64,000 nucleotides of DNA from Eledone cirrhosa (Eukaryota). The stretch lies in contig OZ024752.1 of NCBI GenBank assembly GCA_964016885.1, positions 25,792,001 to 25,856,000 of the forward strand, read 5' to 3'. The translations under genes and the position numbers were made by a program. The stretch's first letter is position 1. The number at the start of each line of letters is the position of its first letter. The notes under the pieces were generated by a model. It was not told where the DNA came from, did no database searches, and saw only the letters and a program-made list of their open reading frames with translations. Below, in pieces: positions 31,501 to 49,500 of the stretch.

Positions 31501-34500
31501 ACATCATAGCTGATAACACTACCTACGACAACTATAACACCACCACCATCAACACCATAGCTAATAACACTACCAACAACAACTATAATAACACCACCAT
31601 CAACACCATAACAAATAACACTACCCACGACAACTATAACAACAACACCATAGCTAGTAACACTACCAACGACAACTATAACACCACCACCATCAACACC
31701 ATAGCTAATAACACTACCTACGACAACTATAACACCACCAACATCAACACCATAGCTTATAAAACTACCTACGACAACTATAACACCACCACCATCAACA
31801 TCATAGCTAATAACACAACCAACGACAACTATAACACCACCACCATCAACATCATAGCTAATAACACTACCAACGACAACTATAACACCACCACCATCAA
31901 CACCATAGATAATAACACTACCAACGACAATTATAACACCACCACCATCAACATCATAGCTAATAACACTACCAACGACAAGTATAACACCACCAACATC
32001 AACACCATAGCTTATAACACCACCTACAACAACTATAACACCACCATCATCAACACCATAGCTAATAACACTACCAACGACAACTATAACACCACCACCA
32101 TCAACATTATAGCTAATAACACTACCTACGACAACTATAACATCACCACCATCAACACCATAGCTAATAACACTACCTACGACAACTATAACACCACTAT
32201 CATCAACACCATAGCTAATAACATTACCAACGACAACTATAACAACACCACCATCAACACCATAGCTTATAACACTACCAACGACAACTATAACACCACC
32301 ACCATCAACACCATAGCTAATAACACTACCTACGACAACTATAACACCACCACCATCAACATCATAGCTAATAACACAACCAACGACAACTATAACACCA
32401 CCACCATCAACATCATAGCTAATAACACTACCAACGACAACTATAACACCATCACCATCAACACCATAGATAATAACACTACCAACGACAACTATAACAC
32501 CACCACCATCAACATCATAGCTAATAACACTACCAACGACAACTATAACACCACCACCATCAACACCATAGCTAATAACACAACCAACGACAACTATAAC
32601 AACACCAACATCAACACCATAGCTAATAACACTACCTACGACAACTATAACACCACCACCATCAACACCATAGCTAATAACACTACCAACGACAACTAGA
32701 GCAACACCACCATCAACACCGTAGCTTATAGCACTACCAACAACAACTATAACACCACCACCATCAACACCATAGCTAATAACACTACCTACGACAACTA
32801 TAACACCACCACCATCAACATCATAGCTAATAACACTACCAACGACAACTATAACACCACCACCATCAACATCATAGCTAATAACACTACCAACGACAAC
32901 TATAACACCACCACCATCAACACCATAGATAATAACACTACCAACGACAATTATAACACCACCACCATCAACACCATAGCTAATAACACTACCAACAACA
33001 ACTATAACAACACAACCATCAACCCCATAGCTTATAACACTACCAACGACAACTATAACATCACCACCATCAACACCATAGCTAATAACACTATCTACGA
33101 CAACTATAACACCACCACCATCAACACCATAGCTAATAACACTACCTACGACAACTATAACATCACCACCATCAACACCATAGCTAATAACACTACCTAC
33201 GACAACTATAACACCACCAACATCAACACCATAGCTAATAACACAACCAACGACAACTATAACACCACCACCATCAACATCATAGCTAATAACACTACCA
33301 ACGACAACTATAACACCACCACCATCAACACCATAGCTAATAACACAACCAACGACAACTATAACAACACCAACATCAACACCATAGCTAATAACACTAC
33401 CTACGACAACTATAACACCACCACCATCAACAACATAACTAATAACACTACCCACGACAACTATAACAACAACACCATAGCTAGTAACACTACCTACGAC
33501 AACTATAACACCACCACCATCAACACCATAGCTAATAACACTACCAACGACAACTAGAACAACACCCCCATCAACACCATAGCTTATAACACTACCAACG
33601 ACAACTATAACACCACCACCATCAACACCATAGCTAATAACACTACCTACGACAACTATAATAACACCACCATCAGCACCATAGCTAATAACACTACCTA
33701 CGACAAATATAACAACACCACCATCAACACCATAGCTAATAACACTACCTACGACAACTATAACTACACCACCATCAACATCATAGCTAATAACACTACC
33801 TACGACAACTATAACACCACCACCATCAACACCATAGCTAATAACACGACCTACGACAACTATAATAACACCACCATCAGCACCATAGCTAATAACACTA
33901 CCTACGACAAATATAACAACACCACCATCAACACCATAGCTAATAACACTACCTACGACAACTATAACTACACCACCATCAACACCATAGCTAATAACAC
34001 TACCAACGACAACTATAACACCACCACCATCAACATTATAGCTAATAACACTACCTACGACAACTATAACATCACCACCATCAACACCATAGCTAATAAC
34101 ACTACCTACGACAATTATAACACCACTACCATCAACACCATAGCTAATAACACTACCAACGACAGCTAGAGCAACACCACCATCAACACCATAGCTTATA
34201 GCACTACCAACGACAACTATAACACCACCACCATCAACACCATAGATAATAACACTACCAACGACAATTATAACACCACCACCATCAACACCATAGCTAA
34301 TAACACTACCTACGACAACTATAACAACACCAGAATCAACACCATAGCTAATAACACTACCTACGACAATTATAACAACAGCACTATAGCTAATAACACT
34401 ACCTACGACAACTATAACACCACCACCATCAACACCATGGCTAATAACACTACCTACGACAACTATAACAACACCACCATCAACATCATAGCTAATAACA

Positions 34501-37500
34501 CTACCTACGACAACTATAACACCACCACCATCAACACCATAGCTAATAACACTACCAACAACAACTATAATAACACCACCATCAACACCATAACAAATAA
34601 CACTACCCACGACAACTATAACAACAACACCATAGCTAGTAACACTACCAACGACAACTATAACACCACCACCATCAACACCATAGCTAATAACACTACC
34701 TACGACAACTATAACACCACCAACATCAACACCATAGCTTATAAAACTACCTACGACAACTATAACACCACCACCATCAACATCATAGCTAATAACACAA
34801 CCAACGACAACTATAACACCACCACCATCAACATCATAGCTAATAACACTACCAACGACAACTATAACACCACCACCATCAACACCATAGATAATAACAC
34901 TACCAACGACAATTATAACACCACCACCATCAACATCGTAGCTAATAACACTACCAACGACAAGTATAACACCACCAACATCAACACCATAGCTTATAAC
35001 ACCACCTACAACAACTATAACACCACCATCATCAACACCATAGCTAATAACACTACCAACGACAACTATAACACCACCACCATCAACATTATAGCTAATA
35101 ACACTACCTACGACAACTATAACATCACCACCATCAACACCATAGCTAATAACACTACCTACGACAACTATAACACCACTATCATCAACACCATAGCTAA
35201 TAACATTACCAACGACAACTATAACACCACCACCATCAACATCATAGCTAATAACACTACCAACGACAACTATAACACCATCACCATCAACACCATAGAT
35301 AATAACACTACCAACGACAACTATAACACCACCACCATCAACATCATAGCTAATAACACTACCAACGACAACTATAACACCACCACCATCAACACCATAG
35401 CTAATAACACAACCAACGACAACTATAACAACACCAACATCAACACCATAGCTAATAACACTACCTACGACAACTATAACACCACCACCATCAACACCAT
35501 AGCTAATAACACTACCAACGACAACTAGAGCAACACCACCATCAACACCGTAGCTTATAGCACTACCAACAACAACTATAACACCACCACCATCAACACC
35601 ATAGCTAATAACACTACCTACGACAACTATAACACCACCACCATCAACATCATAGCTAATAACACTACCAACGACAACTATAACACCACCACCATCAACA
35701 TCATAGCTAATAACACTACCAACGACAACTATAACACCACCACCATCAACACCATAGATAATAACACTACCAACGACAATTATAACACCACCACCATCAA
35801 CACCATAGCTAATAACACTACCAACAACAACTATAACAACACAACCATCAACCCCATAGCTTATAACACTACCAACGACAACTATAACATCACCACCATC
35901 AACACCATAGCTAATAACACTATCTACGACAACTATAACACCACCACCATCAACACCATAGCTAATAACACTACCTACGACAACTATAACATCACCACCA
36001 TCAACACCATAGCTAATAACACTACCTACGACAACTATAACACCACCAACATCAACACCATAGCTAATAACACAACCAACGACAACTATAACACCACCAC
36101 CATCAACATCATAGCTAATAACACTACCAACGACAACTATAACACCACCACCATCAACACCATAGCTAATAACACAACCAACGACAACTATAACAACACC
36201 AACATCAACACCATAGCTAATAACACTACCTACGACAACTATAACACCACCACCATCAACAACATAACTAATAACACTACCCACGACAACTATAACAACA
36301 ACACCATAGCTAGTAACACTACCTACGACAACTATAACACCACCACCATCAACACCATAGCTAATAACACTACCAACGACAACTAGAACAACACCCCCAT
36401 CAACACCATAGCTTATAACACTACCAACGACAACTATAACACCACCACCATCAACACCATAGCTAATAACACTACCTACGACAACTATAATAACACCACC
36501 ATCAGCACCATAGCTAATAACACTACCTACGACAAATATAACAACACCACCATCAACACCATAGCTAATAACACTACCTACGACAACTATAACTACACCA
36601 CCATCAACATCATAGCTAATAACACTACCTACGACAACTATAACACCACCACCATCAACACCATAGCTAATAACACGACCTACGACAACTATAATAACAC
36701 CACCATCAGCACCATAGCTAATAACACTACCTACGACAAATATAACAACACCACCATCAACACCATAGCTAATAACACTACCTACGACAACTATAACTAC
36801 ACCACCATCAACACCATAGCTAATAACACTACCTACGACAACTATAACTACACCACCATCAACATCATAGCTAATAACACTACCTACGACAAATATAACA
36901 ACACCCCCATCAACACCATAGCTTATAACACTACCAACGACAACTATAACACCATCACCATCAACACCATAGATAATAACACTACCAACGACAACTATAA
37001 CACCACCACCATCAACATCATAGCTAATAACACTACCAACGACAACTATAACACCACCACCATCAACACCATAGCTAATAACACAACCAACGACAACTAT
37101 AACAACACCAACATCAACATCATAGCTAATAACACTACCTACGACGACTATAACACCACCACCATCAACACCATAGCTAATAAAGCTACCTACGACAACT
37201 ATAACACCACCACCATCAACACCATAGCTAATAACACTACCTACGACAATTATAACAACAACACTATAGTTAATAACACTACCTACGACAACTATAACAC
37301 CACCACCATCAACACCATGGCTAATAACACTACCTACGACAACTATAACAACACCACCATCAACACCATAGCTAATAACACTACCTACGACAACTATAAC
37401 AACACTAGAATCAACACCATAGCTAATAACACTACCAACGACAACTATAACACCACCACCATCAACACCATAGCCAATAACACTACCTACGACAACTATA

Positions 37501-40500
37501 ATACCACCACCATCAACACCATAGCTAATAACACTACCTACGACAACTATAACACCACCACCATCAACACCATAGATAATAACACTACCAACAACAACTA
37601 TAACAACACCACCATCAACACCATAGCTTATAACACTGCCAACGACAACTATAACATCACCACCATCAACACCATAGCTAATAACACTACCTACGACAAA
37701 TATAACACCACCACCATCAACACCATATCTAATAACACTACCTACGACAACTATAACATCAACACCATCAACACCATAGCTAATAACACTACCTACGATA
37801 ACTATAACACCACCACCATCAACACCATAGCTAATAACACTACAAACGACAACTAGAGCAACACCACCATCAACACCATAGCTTATAGCACTACCAACGA
37901 CAACTATAACACCACCACCATCAACACCATAGCTAATAACACTAACTAAGACAACTATAACACCACCACCATCAACATCATAGCTAATAACACTACCAAC
38001 GACAACTATAACACCACCACCATCAACATCATAGCTAATAACACTACCAACGACAACTATAACACCACCACCATCAACACCATAGATAATAACACTACCA
38101 ACGACAATTATAACACCACCACCATCAACACCATAGCTAATAACACTACCAACAACAACTATAACAACACAACCATCAACCCCATAGCTTATAACACTAT
38201 CTACGACAACTATAACACCACCACCATCAACACCATAACTAATAACACTATCTACGACAACTATAACACCACCACCATCAACACCATAGCTAATAACACT
38301 ACCTACGACAACTATAACATCACCACCATCAACACCATAGCTAATAACACTACCTACGACAACTATAACACCACCACCATCAACACCATAGCTAATAACA
38401 CAACCAACGACAACTATAACACCACCACCATCAACATCATAGCTAATAACACTACCAACGGCAATTATAACACCACCACCATCAACACCATAGATAATAA
38501 CACTACCAACGACAACTATAACACCACCACCATCAACATCATAGCTAATAACACTACCAACGACAACTATAACACCACCACCATCAACACCATAGCTAAT
38601 AACACAACCAACGACAACTATAACAACACCAACATCAACACCATAGCTAATAACACTACCTACGACAACTATAACACCACCACCATCAACACCATAACTA
38701 ATAACACTACCCACGACAACTATAACAACAACACCATAGCTAGTAACACTACCTACGACAAGTATAACACCACCACCATCAACACCATAGCTATTAACAC
38801 TACCAACGACAACTAGAACAACACCCCCATCAACACCATAGCTAATAACACTACCAACGACAACTATAACACCACCACCATCAACACCATAGCTAATAAC
38901 ACTACCTACGACAACTATAACACCACCACCATCAACATCATAGCTAATAACACAACCAACGACAACTATAACACCACCACCATCAACATCATAGATAATA
39001 ACACTACCAACGACAACTATAACATAACCACCATCAACATCATAGCTAATAACACTACCAACGACAACTATAACACCACCACCATCAACACCATAGCTAA
39101 TAACACAACCAACGACAACTATAACAACACCAACATCAACACCATAGCTAATAACACTACCTACGACAACTATAACACCACCACCATCAACACCATAGCT
39201 AATAACACTACCTACGATAACTGTAACAACACCACCATCAACACCATAGCTAATAACACTACCAACGACAACTATAACAACACCACCATCAACACCATAG
39301 CTAATAACACTACCTACGACAACTATAACACCACCACCATCAACACCATAGCTAATAACACTACCAACAACAACTATAACAACACCACCATCAACACCAT
39401 ATCTTATAACACTGCCAACGACAACTATAACATCACCACCATCAAGACCATAGCTAATAACACTACCTACGATAACTATAACACCACCACCATCAACATC
39501 ATAGCTAATAACACTACCAACGACAACTATAACACCACCACCATCAACACCATAGCTAATAACACTAGCTACGACAAATATAACACCACCACCATCAACA
39601 TCATAGCTAATAACACTACCTACGACAACTATAACACCACCACCATCAACACCATAGCTAATAACTCTACCAACGACAACTAGAACAACACCACCATCAA
39701 CATCATAGCTAATAACACTACCAACGACAAATATAACACCACCACCATCAACATCGTAGCTAATAACACTACCAACGACAACTGTAACACCACCAACATC
39801 AACACCATAGATAATAACACTACCAACGACAAATATAACAACACCAACATCAACACCATAGCTAATAACACTACCTACGACAACTATAACACCACCACCA
39901 TCAACACCATAGCTAATAACACTACCAACGACAACTAGAACAACACCACCATCAACACCATAGCTTATAACACTACCAACGACAACTATAACACCACCAC
40001 CATCAACACCATAGCTAATAACACTACCTACGACAACTATAACAACACCACTATCAACATCATAGCTAATAACACTACCTAGGACAACTATAACAACACC
40101 ACCATCAACAGCATAGCTAATAACACTACCAACGACAACTATAACACCACCTCCATCAACACCATAGCTAATAACACTACCTACGACAACTATAACACCA
40201 CCACCATCAACACCATAGCTAATAACACTACCAAGGACAACTATATCATCAGCACCATCAACACCATAGCTAATAACACTACCTACGACAACTATAACAC
40301 CACCACCATCAACACCATAGCTAATAACACTACCAACGACCACTAGAACAACACCACCATCAACACCATAGCTTATAACACTGCCAACGACAACTATAAC
40401 ACCACCACCATCAACACCATAGCTAATAACACTACCTACGACAACTATGACACCACCACCATCAACATCATAGCTAATAACACTACCAACGACAACTATA

Positions 40501-43500
40501 ACACCACCACCATCAACATCATAGCTAATAACACTACCAACGACAACTATAACACCACAACCATAGATAATAACACTACCAACGACAATTATAACACCAC
40601 CACCATCAACACCATAGCTAATAACACTACCAACGACAACTATAACAACACCAACATCAACACCATAGCTAATAACACTACCTACGACAACTATAACACC
40701 ACCACCATCAACACCATGGCTAATAACACTACCTACGACAACTGTAACAACACCACCATCAACATCATAGCTAATAACACTACCTACGACAACTATAACA
40801 CCACCACCATCAACACCATAGCTAATAACACTACCAACAACAACTATAATAACACCACCATCAACACCATAACAAATAACACTACCCACGACAACTATAA
40901 CAACAACACCATAGCTAGTAACACTACCAACGACAACTATAACACCACCACCATCAACACCATAGCTAATAACACTACCTACGACAACTATAACACCACC
41001 AACATCAACACCATAGCTTATAAAACTACCTACGACAACTATAACACCACCACCATCAACATCATAGCTAATAACACAACCAACGACAACTATAACACCA
41101 CCACCATCAACATCATAGCTAATAACACTACCAACGACAACTATAACACCACCACCATCAACACCATAGATAATAACACTACCAACGACAATTATAACAC
41201 CACCACCATCAACATCATAGCTAATAACACTACCAACGACAAGTATAACACCACCAACATCAACACCATAGCTTATAACACCACCTACAACAACTATAAC
41301 ACCACCATCATCAACACCATAGCTAATAACACTACCAACGACAACTATAACACCACCACCATCAACATTATAGCTAATAACACTACCTACGACAACTATA
41401 ACATCACCACCATCAACACCATAGCTAATAACACTACCTACGACAACTATAACACCACTATCATCAACACCATAGCTAATAACATTACCAACGACAACTA
41501 TAACAACACCACCATCAACACCATAGCTTATAACACTACCAACGACAACTATAACACCACCACCATCAACACCATAGCTAATAACACTACCTACGACAAC
41601 TATAACACCACCACCATCAACATCATAGCTAATAACACAACCAACGACAACTATAACACCACCACCATCAACATCATAGCTAATAACACTACCAACGACA
41701 ACTATAACACCATCACCATCAACACCATAGATAATAACACTACCAACGACAACTATAACACCACCACCATCAACATCATAGCTAATAACACTACCAACGA
41801 CAACTATAACACCACCACCATCAACACCATAGCTAATAACACAACCAACGACAACTATAACAACACCAACATCAACACCATAGCTAATAACACTACCTAC
41901 GACAACTATAACACCACCACCATCAACACCATAGCTAATAACACTACCAACGACAACTAGAGCAACACCACCATCAACACCGTAGCTTATAGCACTACCA
42001 ACAACAACTATAACACCACCACCATCAACACCATAGCTAATAACACTACCTACGACAACTATAACACCACCACCATCAACATCATAGCTAATAACACTAC
42101 CAACGACAACTATAACACCACCACCATCAACATCATAGCTAATAACACTACCAACGACAACTATAACACCACCACCATCAACACCATAGATAATAACACT
42201 ACCAACGACAATTATAACACCACCACCATCAACACCATAGCTAATAACACTACCAACAACAACTATAACAACACAACCATCAACCCCATAGCTTATAACA
42301 CTACCAACGACAACTATAACATCACCACCATCAACACCATAGCTAATAACACTATCTACGACAACTATAACACCACCACCATCAACACCATAGCTAATAA
42401 CACTACCTACGACAACTATAACATCACCACCATCAACACCATAGCTAATAACACTACCTACGACAACTATAACACCACCAACATCAACACCATAGCTAAT
42501 AACACAACCAACGACAACTATAACACCACCACCATCAACATCATAGCTAATAACACTACCAACGACAACTATAACACCACCACCATCAACACCATAGCTA
42601 ATAACACAACCAACGACAACTGTAACAACACCAACATCAACACCATAGCTAATAACACTACCTACGACAACTATAACACCACCACCATCAACAACATAAC
42701 TAATAACACTACCCATGACAACTATAACAACAACACCATAGCTAGTAACACTACCTACGACAACTATAACACCACCACCATCAACACCATAGCTAATAAC
42801 ACTACCAACGACAAACTAGAACAACACCCCCATCAACACCATAGCTTATAACACTACCAACGACAACTATAACACCACCACCATCAACACCATAGCTAAT
42901 AACACTACCTACGACAACTATAATAACACCACCATCAGCACCATAGCTAATAACACTACCTACGACAAATATAACAACACCACCATCAACACCATAGCTA
43001 ATAACACTACCTACGACAACTATAACTACACCACCATCAACATCATAGCTAATAACACTACCTACGACAACTATAACACCACCACCATCAACACCATAGC
43101 TAATAACACGACCTACGACAACTATAATAACACCACCATCAGCACCATAGCTAATAACACTACCTACGACAAATATAACAACACCACCATCAACACCATA
43201 GCTAATAACACTACCTACGACAACTATAACTACACCACCATCAACACCATAGCTAATAACACTACCTACGACAACTATAACTACACCACCATCAACATCA
43301 TAGCTAATAACACTACCTACGACAAATATAACAACACCCCCATCAACACCATAGCTTATAACACTACCAACGACAACTATAACACCATCACCATCAACAC
43401 CATAGATAATAACACTACCAACGACAACTATAACACCACCACCATCAACATCATAGCTAATAACACTACCAACGACAACTATAACACCACCACCATCAAC

Positions 43501-46500
43501 ACCATAGCTAATAACACAACCAACGACAACTATAACAACACCAACATCATAGCTAATAACACTACCTACGACGACTATAACACCACCACCATCAACACCA
43601 TAGCTAATAACACTACCTACGACAACTATAACACCACCACCATCAACACCATAGCTAATAACACTACCTACGACAATTATAACAACAACACTATAGTTAA
43701 TAACACTACCTACGACAACTATAACACCACCACCATCAACACCATGGCTAATAACACTACCTACGACAACTATAACAACACCACCATCAACACCATAGCT
43801 AATAACACTACCTACGACAACTATAACAACACCAGAATCAACACCATAGCTAATAACACTACCAACGACAACTATAACACCACCACCATCAACACCATAG
43901 CCAATAACACTACCTACGACAACTATAATACCACCACCATCAACACCATAGCTAATAACACTACCTACGACAACTATAACACCACCACCATCAACACCAT
44001 AGATAATAACACTACCAACAACAACTATAACAACACCACCATCAACACCATAGCTTATAACACTGCCAACGACAACTATAACATCACCACCATCAACACC
44101 ATAGCTAATAACACTACCTACGACAACTATAACACCACCACCATCAACACCATATCTAATAACACTACCTACGACAACTATAACATCAACACCATCAACA
44201 CCATAGCTAATAACACTACCTACGATAACTATAACACCACCACCATCAACACCATAGCTAATAACACTACAAACGACAACTAGAGCAACACCACCATCAA
44301 CACCATAGCTTATAGCACTACCAACGACAACTATAACACCACCACCATCAACACCATAGCTAATAACACTAACTACGACAACTATAACACCACCACCATC
44401 AACATCATAGCTAATAACTCTACCAACGACAACTATAACACCACCACCATCAACATCATAGCTAATAACACTACCAACGACAACTATAACACCACCACCA
44501 TCAACACCATAGATAATAACACTACCAACGACAATTATAACACCACCACCATCAACACCATAGCTAATAACACTACCAACAACAACTATAACAACACAAC
44601 CATCAACCCCATAGCTTATAACACTATCTACGACAACTATAACACCACCACCATCAACACCATAACTAATAACACTATCTACGACAACTATAACACCACC
44701 ACCATCAACACCATAGCTAATAACACTACCTACGACAACTATAACATCACCACCATCAACACCATAACTAATAACACTACCTACGACAACTATAACACCA
44801 CCACCATCAACACCATAGCTAATAACACAACCAACGACAACTATAACACCACCACCATCAACATCATAGCTAATAACACTACCAACGACAATTATAACAC
44901 CACCACCATCAACACCATAGATAATAACACTACCAACGACAACTATAACACCACCACCATCAACATCATAGCTAATAACACTACCAACGACAACTATAAC
45001 ACCACCACCATCAACACCATAGCTAATAACACAACCAACGACAACTATAACAACACCAACATCAACACCATAGCTAATAACACTACCTACGACAACTATA
45101 ACACCACCACCATCAACACCATAACTAATAACACTACCCACGACAACTATAACAACAACACCATAGCTAGTAACACTACCTACGACAAGTATAACACCAC
45201 CACTATCAACACCATAGCTATTAACACTACCAACGACAACTAGAACAACACCCCCATCAACACCATAGCTAATAACACTACCAACGACAACTATAACACC
45301 ACCACCATCAACACCATAGCTAATAACACTACCTACGACAACTATAACACCACCACCATCAACATCATAGCTAATAACACAACCAACGACAACTATAACA
45401 CCACCACCATCAACATCATAGATAATAACACTACCAACGACAACTATAACATGACCACCATCAACATCATAGCTAATAACACTACCAACGACAACTATAA
45501 CACCACCACCATCAACACCATAGCTAATAACACAACCAACGACAACTATAACAACACCAACATCAACACCATAGCTAATAACACTACCTACGACAACTAT
45601 AACACCACCACCATCAACACCATAGCTAATAACACTACCTACGATAACTGTAACAACACCACCATCAACACCATAGCTAATAACACTACCAACGACAACT
45701 ATAACAACACCACCATCAACACCATAGCTAATAACACTACCTACGACAACTATAACAACAACACTATAGCTAATAACACTACCTACGACAACTATAACAC
45801 CACCACCATCAACACCATAGCTAATAACACTACCTACGATAACTGTAACAACACCCCCATCAACACCATAGCTAATAACACTACCAACGACAACTATAAC
45901 ACCACCACCATCAACACCATAGCTAATAACACTACCTACGACAACTATAACACCACCACCATCAACACCATAGCTAATAACACTACCAACAACAACTATA
46001 ACAACACCACCATCAACACCATATCTTATAACACTGCCAACGACAACTATAACACCACCACCATCAACATCATAGCTAATAACACTACCTACGACAACTA
46101 TAACACCACCACCATCAACACCATAGCTAATAACACTACCAACGACAACTAGAACAACACCACCATCAACATCATAGCTAATAACACTACCAACGACAAA
46201 TATAACACCACCACCATCAACATCGTAGCTAATAACACTACCAACGACAACTGTAACACCACCAACATCAACACCATAGATAATAACACTACCAACGACA
46301 AATATAACAACACCAACATCAACACCATAGCTAATAACACTACCTACGACAACTATAACACCACCACCATCAACACCATAGCTAATAACACTACCAACGA
46401 CAACTAGAACAACACCACCATCAACACCATAGCTTATAACACTACCAACGACAACTATAACACCACCACCATCAACACCATAGCTAATAACACTACCTAC

Positions 46501-49500
46501 GACAACTATAACAACACCACTATCAACATCATAGCTAATAACACTACCTAGGACAACTATAACAACACCACCATCAACAGCATAGCTAATAACACTACCA
46601 ACGACAACTATAACACCACCTCCATCAACACCATAGCTAATAACACTACCTACGACAACTATAACACCACCACCATCAACACCATAGCTAATAACACTAC
46701 CAAGGACAACTATATCATCAGCACCATCAACACCATAGCTAATAACACTACCTACGACAACTATAACACCACCACCATCAACACCATAGCTAATAACACT
46801 ACCAACGACAACTAGAACAACACCACCATCAACACCGTAGCTTATAACACTGCCAACGACAACTATAACACCACCACCATCAACACCATAGCTAATAACA
46901 CTACCTACGACAACTATGACACCACCACCATCAACATCATAGCTAATAACACTACCAACGACAACTATAACACCACCACCATCAACATCATAGCTAATAA
47001 CACTACCAACGACAACTATAACACCACCACCATAGATAATAACACTACCAACGACAATTATAACACCACCACCATCAACACCATAGCTAATAACACTACC
47101 AACGACAACTATAACAACACCAACATCAACACCATAGCTAATAACACTAGCTACGACAACTATAACACCACCACCATCAACACCATAGCTAATAACACTA
47201 ACTACGACAACTATAACACCACCACCATCAACACCATAGCTAATAACACTACCAACGACAACTATAACACCACCACCATCAACATTATAGCTAATAACAC
47301 TACCTACGACAACTATAACATCACCACCATCAACACCATAGCTAATAACACTACCTACGACAACTATAACACCACCATCAACACCAGAGCTAATAACACT
47401 ACCTACGACAACTATAACTACACCACCATCAACATCATAGCTAATAACACTACCTACGACAACTATAACACCACCACCATCAACACCATAACTAATAACA
47501 CTACCCACGACAACTATAACAACAACACCATAGCTAGTAACACTACCTACGACAACTATAACACCACCACCATCAACACCATAGCTAATAACACTACCAA
47601 CGACAACTAGAACAACACCCCCATCAACACCATAGCTAATAACACTACCAACGACAACTATAACACCACCACCATCAACACCATAGCTAATAACACTACC
47701 TACGACAACTATAACACCACCACCATCAACATCATAGCTAATAACACAACCAACGACAACTATAACACCACCACCATCAACATCATAGATAATAACACTA
47801 CCAACGACAACTATAACATGACCACCATCAACATCATAGCTAATAACACTACCAACGACAACTATAACACCACCACCATCAACACCATAGCTAATAACAC
47901 AACCAACGACAACTATAACAACACCAACATCAACACCATAGCTAATAACACTACCTACGACAACTATAACACCACCACCATCAACACCATAGCTAATAAC
48001 ACTACCTACGATAACTGTAACAACACCACCATCAACACCATAGCTAATAACACTACCAACGACAACTATAACAACACCACCATCAACACCATAGCTAATA
48101 ACACTACCTACGACAACTATAACAACAACACTATAGCTAATAACACTACCTACGACAACTATAACACCACCACCATCAACACCATAGCTAATAACACTAC
48201 CTACGATAACTGTAACAACACCCCCATCAACACCATAGCTAATAACACTACCAACGACAACTATAACACCACCACCATCAACACCATAGCTAATAACACT
48301 ACCTACGACAACTATAACACCACCACCATCAACACCATAGCTAATAACACTACCAACAACAACTATAACAACACCACCATCAACACCATATCTTATAACA
48401 CTGCCAACGACAACTATAACACCACCACCATCAACATCATAGCTAATAACACTACCTACGACAACTATAACACCACCACCATCAACACCATAGCTAATAA
48501 CACTACCAACGACAACTAGAACAACACCACCATCAACATCATAGCTAATAACACTACCAACGACAAATATAACACCACCACCATCAACATCGTAGCTAAT
48601 AACACTACCAACGACAACTGTAACACCACCAACATCAACACCATAGATAATAACACTACCAACGACAAATATAACAACACCAACATCAACACCATAGCTA
48701 ATAACACTACCTACGACAACTATAACACCACCACCATCAACACCATAGCTAATAACACTACCAACGACAACTAGAACAACACCACCATCAACACCATAGC
48801 TTATAACACTACCAACGACAACTATAACACCACCACCATCAACACCATAGCTAATAACACTACCTACGACAACTATAACAACACCACTATCAACATCATA
48901 GCTAATAACACTACCTAGGACAACTATAACAACACCACCATCAACAGCATAGCTAATAACACTACCAACGACAACTATAACACCACCTCCATCAACACCA
49001 TAGCTAATAACACTACCTACGACAACTATAACACCACCACCATCAACACCATAGCTAATAACACTACCAAGGACAACTATATCATCAGCACCATCAACAC
49101 CATAGCTAATAACACTACCTACGACAACTATAACACCACCACCATCAACACCATAGCTAATAACACTACCAACGACAACTAGAACAACACCACCATCAAC
49201 ACCGTAGCTTATAACACTGCCAACGACAACTATAACACCACCACCATCAACACCATAGCTAATAACACTACCTACGACAACTATGACACCACCACCATCA
49301 ACATCATAGCTAATAACACTACCAACGACAACTATAACACCACCACCATCAACATCATAGCTAATAACACTACCAACGACAACTATAACACCACCACCAT
49401 AGATAATAACACTACCAACGACAATTATAACACCACCACCATCAACACCATAGCTAATAACACTACCAACGACAACTATAACAACACCAACATCAACACC